Below are positions 36,690-46,787 of a DNA stretch of 64,000 nt, one piece after another. A program made the translations under genes and the position numbers. The notes beneath the pieces are model-generated. The model made no database searches. It had not been told where the DNA came from and worked only from the letters and a program-made list of their open reading frames with translations. The stretch's first letter is position 1; each line of letters starts with the position of its first letter. The stretch comes from Alphaproteobacteria bacterium (GTDB lineage: Bacteria; Pseudomonadota; Alphaproteobacteria; MPNO01; UBA2964): contig WHUE01000002.1 in the NCBI GenBank assembly GCA_009377375.1, forward strand, positions 33,350-97,349, given 5' to 3'.

Positions 36690-36899
36690 TTTGCCCCCCG
36701 TCTTTGCATGGCTCCGCGTCCCGGCGGAGCGTGCGCCGACTGTGGCATGACCTCACCATACAGAGAAGACTTCAAAAGAATGCATATATAGATATTTCTG
36801 ACTATAACCTATCCGTTGGTAGTAGTACTGAACCACAATATTAATAATAAATGACGTTATATACGATCACCGTGCCTGATTTCATGACGGGGCACGGAT

Positions 36900-37256
36900 A
36901 TGCGCAAGCTACTCCTCAGCGTCTGGATCGCAGTGGCCGTCGGCGCCGCCGGCGTCGTTCCGGATACTGCCGGCAACAGCGCGGCGTCCGGTTTCTCGAT
37001 GCTGCGGGCCGACGACCGCGGCCGGGTCCTTGTCGAGAGCCGCTGTCTCGGGTGCCATGCCGACGCCGATGTCGTCGCGCTTGCGCCCGGCGCAAGAGCC
37101 CCCGGTCTCGCCGAGATCGCGGAGCGGTACCGGAACCGTCCGGCGGAGATCGTGGATATCCTGCTGAACCGGCATCCGCCGATGCCGCGGTCTCTGCTGC
37201 GCGACGACGAGATCAACGACATCGTCGCCTATATCGGCACGCTGGACGGGTCCTGA
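36900..37256 (+). CDS. small secreted class-I c-type cytochrome
   Basis: Signal peptide, one CxxCH heme-binding motif (CLGCH) and a distal Met ligand region (HPPMP). 118 aa. AT-rich sequence lies immediately upstream. Confidence 0.6.
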   Translation: MRKLLLSVWIAVAVGAAGVVPDTAGNSAASGFSMLRADDRGRVLVESRCLGCHADADVVALAPGARAPGLAEIAERYRNRPAEIVDILLNRHPPMPRSLLRDDEINDIVAYIGTLDGS

Positions 37257-37327
37257 CGGCGCGATGGCGGCGGGTCGCCCCGCCGCCATCGATCACCGAT
37301 CAACCATCGAATCGGGCAGCCATCAAA

Positions 37328-37843
37328 TCAGGAAGCGTCGCTGTGACCGCTGTAGAGCTGCGATATCCAGCCGTCGATCGGCGACGACGCGGGGGACGAA
37401 TACGAAACCAGAGTCCCGCCGCTGTCCGGCAGGCCGTATTCGAGGCCGATCCCGGCGCCGAGGCCGACACCCCCGATGGAGAAGCCGATTCCCGCGCCCC
37501 CGCCGAACACCGGGAAGCTGCCGCCGGAACGGGCCACGCCCGCGCTGGCGCCGGGCAGGAACGGCGACGCCTGTTGCCGCGCGAAAGCCTGGTTGGACGG
37601 GCCGCGTTCAACCTCGAGCAGGGCGCCCGTCGCGTCGCGCAACAGGTTTTCCGGCCGCCGGTTGAACAGCTTCTCCTCGATGATCGCCTGCCGGTAGCCG
37701 AGGCTCATTCCGACCCCGCCGCCGCCTCGACGGCTGAACTCGAACGGCTTGTTGGAGATCAGCTGCGCGGCCGCGTCGCCGGCAATGCCGCTCAGAGCCG
37801 CCGCAAGCACGAGGGCGCTGAGAAAAGATCCTCTGGATGACAT
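37328..37843 (-). CDS. secreted glycine-rich hypothetical protein
   Basis: Signal peptide (LSALVLAAALSGIAGDAAAQ), then Gly-rich low-complexity sequence (GGGAGIGFSIGGVGLGAGIG). Confidence 0.4.
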   Translation of the reverse strand: MSSRGSFLSALVLAAALSGIAGDAAAQLISNKPFEFSRRGGGGVGMSLGYRQAIIEEKLFNRRPENLLRDATGALLEVERGPSNQAFARQQASPFLPGASAGVARSGGSFPVFGGGAGIGFSIGGVGLGAGIGLEYGLPDSGGTLVSYSSPASSPIDGWISQLYSGHSDAS

Positions 37844-38055
37844 CTGCTAAAATCCTTCCCGCCCATCGTCCGCGCATACAGGGAAGGCGAGCCGCCGGCT
37901 TTCTGCATGGCGCGCTCCTGCATGGCACGGGCGGTCGTGGGCTGATCGACCGGGCCCGTTCGTTGCCGGCTCGCTGGCAATATTCATGAACTGGGAACCC
38001 GCTGCGCAACCAGCAAGCCGGGTAATCCCTAATCGCCGCGCCGCCGGCTTCTTTT

Positions 38056-38742
38056 TCAGCGCCGGTCCGGCTTTCTCCCGGCCACGCGGTTCCATGCGCG
38101 CCTGAGGAAGGAGAGAAAGGAGCCAACGGGACCTTCGACGGGCCTGGCGGGCGCCGGACGGTGCGCGCCCTGCGGCACGCGATCGCTCGCCCCCGGTTGC
38201 GGCCGTTCGACCTGATCGGCGTGCGCATATATCGGGGCCGCGCCGTTCCCGCGATTGCGGTCTGTCCCCCGGGCCTCTGGCGCCGGGCGGGACAGCAGCT
38301 GTTCGACCAGTTCGCGCGGAAAGCTCCTCACCCCGCTTTTCGCCGACCGGACGATCTCGAGGGCCATGCCCCGATGCAGGTCCTGCAGCAGCACCGCGTC
38401 CACGCCTGGGAAATGCGTCCGGACGAGCTCTATCTCGTCCGAGGACGCGACGAGCACGACCGTGATGTCCGCAGAGAGACGCGCCCATCTCCGCCGGTGG
38501 TGCTCTGTCATGTCGGACAGGGAGCATCCGCTTATCAGCAGAACGGGATCGCCGGCGCTCGCCCCGAGAGCCCGGAAGATGTCCTGCACCCCGTCTGCCG
38601 TCCGAATCCGCCCCTGCCAGTCCGGGGCCAGCTCGGACACGATCCAACTGCGGATGGCGCCAGGTGCGACCGCCACGACCAGCAGCCTGCCGGGGGGCGT
38701 TTCGGGATCGGGCTGACGCGGGTTCGATGGTCCGGATGACAT
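38056..38742 (-). CDS. hypothetical protein with a degenerate receiver-like (CheY-fold?) core
   Basis: Alternating hydrophobic beta-strand/helix pattern (LLVVAVAPG.., VLLISGCSLSD, VVLVASSDE) without canonical phospho-acceptor residues, and a Pro/Arg-rich tail. Weak support. Confidence 0.3.
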   Translation of the reverse strand: MSSGPSNPRQPDPETPPGRLLVVAVAPGAIRSWIVSELAPDWQGRIRTADGVQDIFRALGASAGDPVLLISGCSLSDMTEHHRRRWARLSADITVVLVASSDEIELVRTHFPGVDAVLLQDLHRGMALEIVRSAKSGVRSFPRELVEQLLSRPAPEARGTDRNRGNGAAPIYAHADQVERPQPGASDRVPQGAHRPAPARPVEGPVGSFLSFLRRAWNRVAGRKPDRR

Positions 38743-39149
38743 GGCGGTCTACTGCGGGCGGGTGTCGCCTGAGCCTCTCTTGTCGCTTTTCCGGCTTGTC
38801 GCTTTTCCGGCGCATCCGGATCGGTGGCGCCGGACCGGAGCCGTGGCGTGGCGGGGCGATCAGCCGCGCGCCCGGTCCCGGATCATACCTTCGCCCGGGT
38901 CATCCGCTCCCGCCTATTATTGATTACACCCAAGGTGCTCATGTCCACCATAAATAGACGGAGTAAATAAGTGAGATTCATAAATATTCACAGGGGATTA
39001 ATCCGAATTTATGCGAGACGAGTACTAAAGGGCGCTTAGCCTGCCGCCCGTTCCCGTATACACCTGTTGCCGTAACTCTCTTCGGGGGGGGCGGGACGTC
39101 CGTCCCCCGGTTTTTCCGGCCGAGCGCCGGACCAGAAGGAGGAATTGTC

Positions 39150-39641
39150 ATGAAGTACACGTTCTTTGCCGCCGCGGCGGCACTGCTTGCGCTGGGTCCC
39201 GCGATCGAGGGGAACAGCGGACGGCTTTTCGGTGTCGGCGTTGCCTCCGCCCAGCAGATGGGAAGCCAGCCCTGGGGATTCTCGGGACGAAGCCGGAGCC
39301 TGGCCGCCCAGTTCCAGTTCCAGCGCGACCTCGTCAACGGTTCGGGTGCGGTGGACGGAATGGCGGCACTGCAGCAATACGTCACCCAGTACAACTCCAG
39401 CTCGACCTCGATCGGCAATTTGAACGAGGTGACGCAGGTTCTGTCCGGCGGGTCCACGGGCTCGGTGGGCCAGACCACCGACCAGACCTCGCAGGGCAAC
39501 CAGGGATCCTCCGCCACCACCGATACGACCGTCAACAACACCGCGGTTTCGGTCGAGGGCGGCGGTACTGCGCAGGGCACAGCCGCCCAGAACCAGACCG
39601 CCGATCAGTCGCAGAACGGCGAACAACCGGCCGCCCAGTAA
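39150..39641 (+). CDS. secreted Ser/Thr/Gln/Asn-rich low-complexity protein (hypothetical)
   Basis: Strong RBS (AGAAGGAGGAATTGTC-ATG), a signal peptide, and a T/S/Q/N-rich C-terminal half. Flanked by AT-rich DNA. Confidence 0.55.
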   Translation: MKYTFFAAAAALLALGPAIEGNSGRLFGVGVASAQQMGSQPWGFSGRSRSLAAQFQFQRDLVNGSGAVDGMAALQQYVTQYNSSSTSIGNLNEVTQVLSGGSTGSVGQTTDQTSQGNQGSSATTDTTVNNTAVSVEGGGTAQGTAAQNQTADQSQNGEQPAAQ

Positions 39642-39693
39642 TCCCGTCTGTTCCGTCCGGGACAGACGGATCGAGACCATTCCCTGTCTGGAG

Positions 39694-40066
39694 TTGAAAA
39701 TGTCGGTATCGAGCGATGTCATGCCCGCGAGGCTGTCCGTCTCCCCAACCCGCCGAACTCAGCGGGACGCCATCCGCAGGAGGCGGACCTGCGCAGCGGT
39801 CGTTCTCGCCTTTGCAGCCGTCCTCGGCCGATCCGGCGAAGGCATTCGAGTGGTACCGCCGCGCCGCCGTCGGCGGCGAAGCAAGGGCGCAATACAATAT
39901 CGGCCTTCTGTATCTGAGCGGAAAGGGCGTGGTCGCCGATCCGGTCCAGGCCGTCAAGTGGCTGGTTCTCGCTGCCTCCACAGCGGCGGGATCCCGACAT
40001 CAGGCGAAAGGCGCAGGCCACGCTGAACGGGATTTCACCCGCGCTGAAATCCGGCGATTTCCATGA
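39694..40066 (+). pseudogene. degraded Sel1-repeat (TPR-like) protein gene, frameshifted
   Basis: A signal-peptide-like N-terminus is in frame 39694 (RRRRTCAAVVLAFAAVLG) while Sel1 repeat units are in frame 39716 (AKAFEWYRRAAVGGEARAQYNIGLLYLSGKGV..AVKWLVLAA). The repeats decay after about 1.5 units. Confidence 0.3.
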
Positions 40067-40379
40067 AGGAGCCCAGGCCGCAAGGCTCTGGCTGGTGCGC
40101 CGGCAATGGACGAGCCGCTCGGCCGGGCGGAGCGGGGGCTGAGTCCGACTGCCCGCCGGCGGATCGCCGCGTCGCGGCCGTCGACTGTTCGGGGCGACGC
40201 GGAGGAAAGCGGGCGGGACGCCGATCCGGTCCTGTCCGCGCGAGGGGCGGCGCCTGAAGACCGGGCCGGCGGCCCCGACCCATAGCCCGTCCGGCTTCGG
40301 TGCTGTCCCTCGCACGCCGCGCCGCATTGCGGGCGGCGCGGTCTTGTTCCGTTTTCCCCGTTCCGTCCGCGCGGCAAGT

Positions 40380-40959
40380 ACAACCGTTGGTGATGCCGCC
40401 TGTCCACCATTTTTATGACAGGATTTTCTTGACAATCCTGATCTTTAAGTCTGCCTATAATATATATAATAATTTTTAATAAATATATACTCGAACATTT
40501 ATGTAATAAGTCATTTTAATCGAAGCATATCATGCTGTGACACAGATTTATCACAGACAAGAACCTTCCTCCTCCCCCATATGTGACCTAATGTAAGGCG
40601 GCTCGTGACATCTCGTGACATATCGTAAGTCCGATGGGCGGTATGGCGCGACTGGCTGCGGCCTCCCCCGTCGGAAGGTCAGGCGGATCTGTAAGAAGGA
40701 TTAGTCCCGATAGAGACATTAATCATTAAGCTTAGAGGAATACCCATTTTCCGTTCTCTTTAATAATCATCTTTAAGGTTAAACAATTATTTGTAGGGAC
40801 GCGTATTTTGGCTCTGTAAGAATTTGTGGTTAATCCTTCATGCTTGGTCCAATTTTGTAATGAGGCGCAAATCGGTGGTCGGCATGTTAAGTCTGCCGAA
40901 TCACGGGGCAAGACTCGGCGAATCCGATGATTCGTAAGAGTCGTATCAGAGGGTTGATC
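40380..40959. other. about 580-bp AT-rich intergenic tract (under ~40% GC in a ~68% GC genome) upstream of the LuxR-type regulator and the polysaccharide locus
   Basis: Runs such as taatatatataataatttttaataaatatatac; contains the 10-bp tandem repeat CTCGTGACAT x2 (40602-40621) and TGTGACACAG..TATCACAGAC (40536-40559). Confidence 0.6.
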
Positions 40960-41631
40960 ATGGCTATCCAGGAAGACTGCGCGCTGCGCGCAATGATTGT
41001 AGACCATAACCGCCTGTACCGGGCCGGTCTGAAGCTGACGCTGGAATCCGCGAATGTCAGGGTGGTTGCCGAAGGAGACGATCTCAAGGCTCTCATGGCC
41101 GGCTCGGATGAGGCCGGCGGCGACATCCTGCTGCTGAAGCTGCCGAGGGCGGCCGCCGTGGCGGAGGCGCTGGGAAACGCAAGACAGGCGTTTCCCGCCG
41201 CCAAGCTGGTGGTGATTGCGGATGCCAATCTGAATTCCGATGCGATGGTGACGGCGATTCAGGCGGGCGCGGACGGCGTCCTGCTGTCCGAGCTCTCTCC
41301 GGATGTGTTCCTGCAGTCGCTGCGTCTGGTCCGTCTGGGCGAGAAGGTCCTGCCTGCGCAGCTCGCCCGGATGCTCATCGGGGGCGACGCCCGTGTCTCG
41401 CATATGCCGAGCCAGATGCGTCAGCTGGGACTGTCGGCGCGGGAGATGGAAATCCTCCGGCTTCTGGTCGACGGCAGTTCGAACAAGGGCATTGCACGAC
41501 GCCTCGACATCGCGGAGGCAACCGTGAAGGTGCATGTCAAGGCCGTGCTGCGGAAGATCCAGGTGACGAACAGGACTCAGGCCGCGGTCTGGGCGCTCAA
41601 CCACGGGGTGGCCTGCGAGCAGGAGGCCTGA
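40960..41631 (+). CDS. LuxR/FixJ/NarL-family response regulator (receiver plus C-terminal LuxR HTH)
   Basis: C-terminal LuxR-type HTH (LSAREMEILRLLVDGSSNKGIARRLDIAEATVKVHVKAVLRKI) and an N-terminal receiver-like domain with an atypical acidic pocket. ATG at 40960 after a GAGGG RBS. Confidence 0.75.
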   Translation: MAIQEDCALRAMIVDHNRLYRAGLKLTLESANVRVVAEGDDLKALMAGSDEAGGDILLLKLPRAAAVAEALGNARQAFPAAKLVVIADANLNSDAMVTAIQAGADGVLLSELSPDVFLQSLRLVRLGEKVLPAQLARMLIGGDARVSHMPSQMRQLGLSAREMEILRLLVDGSSNKGIARRLDIAEATVKVHVKAVLRKIQVTNRTQAAVWALNHGVACEQEA

Positions 41632-41901
41632 GCGAATGGCCAGCGTTGCATGTCGTAGCGCGGGCGCGGCGATGTCTGACGCCGCGCGCCATACACGCCG
41701 GCCGGGGATGTCGCTCCGGCCGGCAGTGCGCTGTGACTGCCTCCCCGCCGGGGTCTGGGACGTCGCCCGCGTGCCGGAACCGCGTCGCCGCCGCCCCGAT
41801 ATGTTCTCAGAATGGTCACAGCCGCCATCGGCGCGCGCGGCTAGTGTTTGCGCCGACCGCCGCTCTTTCCCGTCGGGCACTCAAACACCGCGAAGGCGCA
41901 G

Positions 41902-43239
41902 ATGATCATCGTCGACACCGCACTGAATGACCTGGAAGCGAACGGAACGCCTGTCCGGGTGGGCCTGGTGGGGCCGGGCTTCATGGGATATGCCATCGCG
42001 CGGCAACTCATCCTTTATGCGAAGGGCATACGCCTTGCCGCCGTCTCCAGCCGGGATCCGGCAAGGGCGGCGAAGGCCTTCACCGATGCCGGCGTCGCGC
42101 ACCCCCGGTTCGCCGACGACCTGGCCGGCTTTTCGGAGGCCGTACGTTGCGGCATTCCCGTGTTCACGAGCAACTGGCGCCTGCTGTGCGAGAGCGACGA
42201 GATCGATGTCGTGATCGATGTGACGGGCGCGGTGGAATTCGGCGCCCACCTCGCCCTGGCCGCCATCGAACACGGCAAGCATCTGATTCTGAGCAACGCG
42301 GAGCTCGACGGCACAGTGGGGGCCCTGCTGAAGCGCAGGGGCGAGGAGGCCGGGGCGATCGTCACGACCTGCGACGGCGATCAGCCGGGCGTCCAGATGA
42401 ACCTGTACCGGTTCGTGCGCGGCATGGGCATCCGGCCGGTGCTCTGCGGCAACATCAAGGGGCTGCAGGATCGCTACCGCAACCCGACGACCCAGATTCC
42501 CTTTGCAAAAAAATGGGGCCAGAAGCCGGAAATGGTGTCCGCCTTCGCCGACGGCACGAAAATCTCCTTCGAGCAGGCACTGGTCGCCAACGCGACCGGC
42601 ATGACCGTGGCACGGCGCGGGATGACGGGCGCCAGCTTTGAGCTCGGCACCCCGCTGGAGGAAGCGATCGCGTCACTGCCCCTCGAGCGTGCGGCAGAAG
42701 GCACGGGTTTCGTGGATTACATTGTCGGGGCGTCGCCGTTGCCGGCTGTGTTCGTCGTCGGCACGACCGACGACCCCGTCCAGCAGCACTATCTGCGGCT
42801 TTACAAGCTGGGGGACGGCCCCTTTTACCTCTACTACACGCCGTACCACCTGTGCCACTTCGAGATGCCCAACACGGTCGGGCGCGTCATGCTGTTCGGC
42901 GACACGGTGGGCGCACCGATTTCCGGGCTCATGGTCGAGGTGGTCACGGCGGCGAAGACCGATCTGCGGGCAGGCGTCACGCTGGACGGCATGGGGCAGT
43001 ACATGACTTACGGCACCTGCGAGAACGCCGACGTCGCGCGGCAGGAAAACCTGTTGCCGATCGGCGTCGCCGAAGGATGCCGTCTGACCCGCGACGTGAG
43101 GCGGGACGAAGCCCTCACCTATGACGATGTCGAACTTCCTCCGGGCCGCCTGATCGACAGGCTTCGCCGCGAGCAGGATGACCTGTTTTGCGACCGCGCG
43201 CCCGCGGCGGAACGGCGGGAGAGCCAGGCCGTCGTCTGA
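41902..43239 (+). CDS. NAD(P)-binding oxidoreductase with C-terminal SAF domain (COG4091 'homoserine dehydrogenase-like' family)
   Basis: N-terminal Rossmann motif (VRVGLVGPGFMGYAIARQL) and Gfo/Idh/HSDH-like architecture. First structural gene after the regulator. Confidence 0.55.
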   Translation: MIIVDTALNDLEANGTPVRVGLVGPGFMGYAIARQLILYAKGIRLAAVSSRDPARAAKAFTDAGVAHPRFADDLAGFSEAVRCGIPVFTSNWRLLCESDEIDVVIDVTGAVEFGAHLALAAIEHGKHLILSNAELDGTVGALLKRRGEEAGAIVTTCDGDQPGVQMNLYRFVRGMGIRPVLCGNIKGLQDRYRNPTTQIPFAKKWGQKPEMVSAFADGTKISFEQALVANATGMTVARRGMTGASFELGTPLEEAIASLPLERAAEGTGFVDYIVGASPLPAVFVVGTTDDPVQQHYLRLYKLGDGPFYLYYTPYHLCHFEMPNTVGRVMLFGDTVGAPISGLMVEVVTAAKTDLRAGVTLDGMGQYMTYGTCENADVARQENLLPIGVAEGCRLTRDVRRDEALTYDDVELPPGRLIDRLRREQDDLFCDRAPAAERRESQAVV

Positions 43240-43250
43240 CGCGACATCCG

Positions 43251-44264
43251 TTACCGGTCATCCCAGATGTAGCGCCCGCGCTCGTGCCAATGGAGCCGCG
43301 TGCGAACGTGCTTGACGGCGAGAAGCGGACGCAGCACGGCGCGTTCCAGCTCTCCCATCGCGGCGCGCGCCAGATCGCCTGCGCCGGGCAGGCGGCCGAC
43401 CTGCCGCAGGGCGTTCACGTGAAAGTCGAAAAGCTGCCGCTCGCGCAGCAGGATCGCGCTGCGGATCAGGAACCGATAGTACCGACGCAGGAACCCCGCC
43501 TCGATCGCGGAGAGCTCGTCGGGCGCCAGGTAACGCGGGCCGAATTCGTGCAGCATGAGCAGGCTGTCCCGGAATTGCGTGCCCTTGCGGTCCGCCACGG
43601 TCGACGTCACCGAATCCTCATGCTCGCGGGAGAACATCAGCATCTCGTGGGCGAAGCCGAAATCCACGCGATCCAGCACGTCGAAGAACCCGGCTATGTC
43701 GGCGTGCAGGTAGCGATCGGGATAGAACGGCTTCGCGGGGTCGATCAGGTCGCGGCGGATCAGGCTGCCGGTCGGCGAAAACGCGAAGACTTCCTCCCGA
43801 AGAAACAGGCGCACGATCTCGCGGCCGCTGAAAACTTCCTGGTCCGGAGTCAGGCCGGCGCACTGGATCCGGCCCCCGCGCAGGCGCAGCGAGGCGACGA
43901 TTCCGACCGTCGGGTTCTGCTGTGCGATCGTCACCATTCGCGTCAGGCTGTCGCCTATCAGGGCGTCGTCCGCCGGCAGAACCCAGACGAACCTGCTCTC
44001 GTCGGAGATAAATCCGAGGGCCCGGTTCCAGTTTGCAACGACCGGCAGGTGATCCGTGCATTCCACGAGGCGTATGCGGGGACAGCGTGCGGCGTAGCCG
44101 GCGATAATGGCGCGCGTATCGTCGGTGCTCGCATTGTCCACGAAAACATGTTCGAAGCATGGATACTGCTGCGCCATCACGCTTTCAATGCATTCAGCAA
44201 GATAGCGACCGCCGTTGTAGACCGGCGTTACAATACTCACAAAGGGTAGATTCTGATTATCCAT
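43251..44264 (-). CDS. family-2 glycosyltransferase (GT-A fold)
   Basis: VSIVTPVYNGGRYLAECIESV.., DxD-like VDNASTDDT, and an acceptor-side ..PADD.. region. ATG at 44264 with an AGGGAGG RBS. Confidence 0.8.
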   Translation of the reverse strand: MDNQNLPFVSIVTPVYNGGRYLAECIESVMAQQYPCFEHVFVDNASTDDTRAIIAGYAARCPRIRLVECTDHLPVVANWNRALGFISDESRFVWVLPADDALIGDSLTRMVTIAQQNPTVGIVASLRLRGGRIQCAGLTPDQEVFSGREIVRLFLREEVFAFSPTGSLIRRDLIDPAKPFYPDRYLHADIAGFFDVLDRVDFGFAHEMLMFSREHEDSVTSTVADRKGTQFRDSLLMLHEFGPRYLAPDELSAIEAGFLRRYYRFLIRSAILLRERQLFDFHVNALRQVGRLPGAGDLARAAMGELERAVLRPLLAVKHVRTRLHWHERGRYIWDDR

Positions 44265-44347
44265 GGAACAGATCCCGCTGCCTCCCTTTAGTCGCAATCT
44301 AGGAGGTAGTCGATTTTAAGCTCCGGGCCAACCGGAATCCACGTGGC

Positions 44348-44453
44348 CCCTGAATGCTCACAGCAGATCACAGTTCGGCCACGGGTCCTTTCCGGACACC
44401 GCGCAGACCCTGAACGCTCACAGCTATCACAGTATGGCCACGGGCGCCTGTCG
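44348..44453 (+). promoter_or_regulatory. two about 46-bp imperfect direct repeats, each with paired (C)TCACAG elements, in the divergent GT2/rfbF promoter region
   Basis: cctgaatgCTCACAGcagaTCACAGttcggccacgggtcctttccgg (44348-44395) and cctgaacgCTCACAGctaTCACAGtatggccacgggcgcctgtcgg (44408-44453), spaced about 60 bp apart. Confidence 0.5.
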
Positions 44454-44626
44454 GCAAAATCCGATATCTACCTCTGACGAAAGCGCAACCGAATGTAACA
44501 CGCCATGTACGCACCGGGAGACGCATCACCAGATGGGAAGGGTCCGCACATGAAGGGAGTCGGCCGGCAGAAAAAGAATGTTTACGTGTTGATCAGAGGG
44601 CGAGCGCATCAAGGCGGAGCGGTGAC

Positions 44627-45400
44627 ATGAAAGTCGTGATCCTTGCGGGCGGCTATGGAACCCGCATCAGCGAAGAAACCACGGTGAAGCCGAAGCCGCT
44701 TGTTGAGATCGGCGGACGGCCTATTCTCTGGCACATCATGAAGATCTATTCGGCCTACGGCCTGACCGACTTCATCATATGCGGCGGATACAAGTGCTCG
44801 ATGATCAAGTCCTATTTCCGGGATTATGCGCTGGACTCCTCGGATGTGGAGTTCGACTACGCCAACGGGACGATGAACTTCCTCCGGCGCGAGGTCGAGC
44901 CGTGGCGGATCACCGTGATCGACACCGGCGAACACACCATGACCGGCGGGCGGATAAAGCGGATCCTGGATCGCGTCGACGACGACACGTTCTGCCTGAC
45001 CTACGGCGACGGAGTTTCCAACGTCGATATCCGCGACCTCATTCGCTATCACAAGGAGTCGGGGGCGCTGGCGACGCTGACGGCGGTGCAGCAGCCGGGC
45101 CGCTTCGGCGCCCTCGCGCTCGAACCGGACGACCGGCTCGTCCGCGCGTTCCGCGAGAAATCGAACGCCGACGGCGGCCTCATCAACGGCGGCTACTTCG
45201 TCGTCGACCGCGGGGTGGACGATTACATCGACGGAGACGACACCGTCTGGGAGCAGGAGCCGATGCAGTCGATGGCGCGCGACGGCATGCTCGCCGCGTA
45301 CCGCCATCTGGGCTTCTGGCAGAACATGGACACGCTGCGCGACAAGATGGTTCTCGAGAACCTCTGGCAGGAGAGTCCCCCGTGGAAGATCTGGCAATAA
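44627..45400 (+). CDS. rfbF: glucose-1-phosphate cytidylyltransferase (CDP-glucose pyrophosphorylase)
   Basis: [45 protein letters not shown] is a near-canonical RfbF/DdhA N-terminus. 257 aa. Confidence 0.9.
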   Translation: MKVVILAGGYGTRISEETTVKPKPLVEIGGRPILWHIMKIYSAYGLTDFIICGGYKCSMIKSYFRDYALDSSDVEFDYANGTMNFLRREVEPWRITVIDTGEHTMTGGRIKRILDRVDDDTFCLTYGDGVSNVDIRDLIRYHKESGALATLTAVQQPGRFGALALEPDDRLVRAFREKSNADGGLINGGYFVVDRGVDDYIDGDDTVWEQEPMQSMARDGMLAAYRHLGFWQNMDTLRDKMVLENLWQESPPWKIWQ

Positions 45401-45494
45401 CGCACGCCCGCGCCCCCGGCGCCGGCCGGGAGTCCTGCCTGGGCGTCGCGAAGCCCCGGCCCCTCCCATTGTCTGAACGGATTGAGAGACTGTC

Positions 45495-46787
45495 ATGGAT
45501 GCTGTCATGAATGTCGCCGCAAGCCCTGCAACCGAAGCGCAGCCCGATACCGGCCCGGGGCGTCCGCCCTGCCGGCTCTGCGGCGCGGCGCTGCACCGGA
45601 CATTCGTGGATCTGGGCGCCCAGCCGTCCGCCAACGCCTATCTGACCGCCAACCGGCTTTCGGGGATGGAGCCGACCTGGCCGCTGCACGCCTATGTCTG
45701 CGACGAGTGCCATCTGGTCCAGCTCGAGGCCCTGCACAACTCGGAGGAACTCTTCGCCGATTACGCCTATTTTTCCTCCTACGCGGATTCATGGCTCCGT
45801 CATGCGGAGATATACGCGGAACGGATGCTGGAGCGGTTCGCCCCGGACCGGCCGGAACTCGTGGTCGAGATCGCGAGCAACGACGGCTATCTCCTGCAGT
45901 ATTTCGTGCGCGAGGGCATCCCCGTGCTGGGGATCGATCCCGCAGCGAACGTGGCCGCCGCGGCCGAGGCGCGCGGCATACCCACCCTGGTCCGCTTTTT
46001 CGGACGCAAGCTGGCGACGGAGCTGGCGACGGGCGGGCGGTTCGCGGATCTGATCGTCGCCAACAACGTGCTGGCGCATGTCCCCGACATCAACGATTTC
46101 GCCGCTGGGTTCGCGCCGATCCTGCGGCCGCAGGGAATGGTGACGGTGGAGTTTCCCCATCTGCTCAGGCTGATCCAGGGCAACCAGTTCGACACGATCT
46201 ATCACGAGCATTTCTCCTATCTGTCGCTCGGCGTCGTGGAACGGCTGTTCGCAGCCCACGGGCTCGTCGTGTTCGATGTCGAGGAGCTGTCCACCCACGG
46301 CGGCTCGCTGAGAGTGTTCGCGGCGCGGCGCGATTCGGACCACGTCGTGTCGGAACGGGTCGCCGCCGTGCACGCGGACGAGGCCGCGGCGGGCATGGAC
46401 GGGCCGGAGGTCTACGACGCCTTCGCGGCGCGCGCGGCCCGCCTCAAGCGCGACCTGGTGCGGACCCTGATGGACCTGCGGGACGCCGGCAAGACGGTCG
46501 CCGCCTACGGCGCCCCGGCCAAGGGCAACACGCTCCTGAACTACTGCGGCATCGGCACCGACCTGGTGAAATTCACCGTCGACCGCAGCCCGCACAAGCA
46601 GGGGCGCTGGCTGCCCGGCAGCCGCATCCCGGTCTTCGAGCCTGAGCGGCTGCGCCAGGAGCGGCCGGACTACGTCCTGATCCTGCCCTGGAACCTGAAG
46701 TCGGAGATCATGATGGGCTGCGGTTTCATCCGCGAATGGGGCGGCAAGTTCATCGTGCCGATCCCCGCGGTCACGATCGTCCCATGA
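45495..46787 (+). CDS. NDP-hexose C-methyltransferase-family protein (zinc-ribbon, Methyltransf_13 and C-terminal C-MT domains; TylCIII/EryBIII-like)
   Basis: N-terminal CxxC..CxxC (CRLCGAAL..CDECHLV), a Rossmann MTase core (VVEIASNDGYLL), and a C-terminal C-methyltransferase-like domain. ATGA overlap with the downstream gene. Confidence 0.7.
   Translation: MDAVMNVAASPATEAQPDTGPGRPPCRLCGAALHRTFVDLGAQPSANAYLTANRLSGMEPTWPLHAYVCDECHLVQLEALHNSEELFADYAYFSSYADSWLRHAEIYAERMLERFAPDRPELVVEIASNDGYLLQYFVREGIPVLGIDPAANVAAAAEARGIPTLVRFFGRKLATELATGGRFADLIVANNVLAHVPDINDFAAGFAPILRPQGMVTVEFPHLLRLIQGNQFDTIYHEHFSYLSLGVVERLFAAHGLVVFDVEELSTHGGSLRVFAARRDSDHVVSERVAAVHADEAAAGMDGPEVYDAFAARAARLKRDLVRTLMDLRDAGKTVAAYGAPAKGNTLLNYCGIGTDLVKFTVDRSPHKQGRWLPGSRIPVFEPERLRQERPDYVLILPWNLKSEIMMGCGFIREWGGKFIVPIPAVTIVP

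Noticed and set aside
40536-40556. TGTGA...TCACA resembling a CRP/FNR-family site.
   Set aside because: The half-site spacing is 10-11 bp, not the 6 bp of CRP or the 4 bp of FNR sites. It fits the phased TCACA direct-repeat pattern better.
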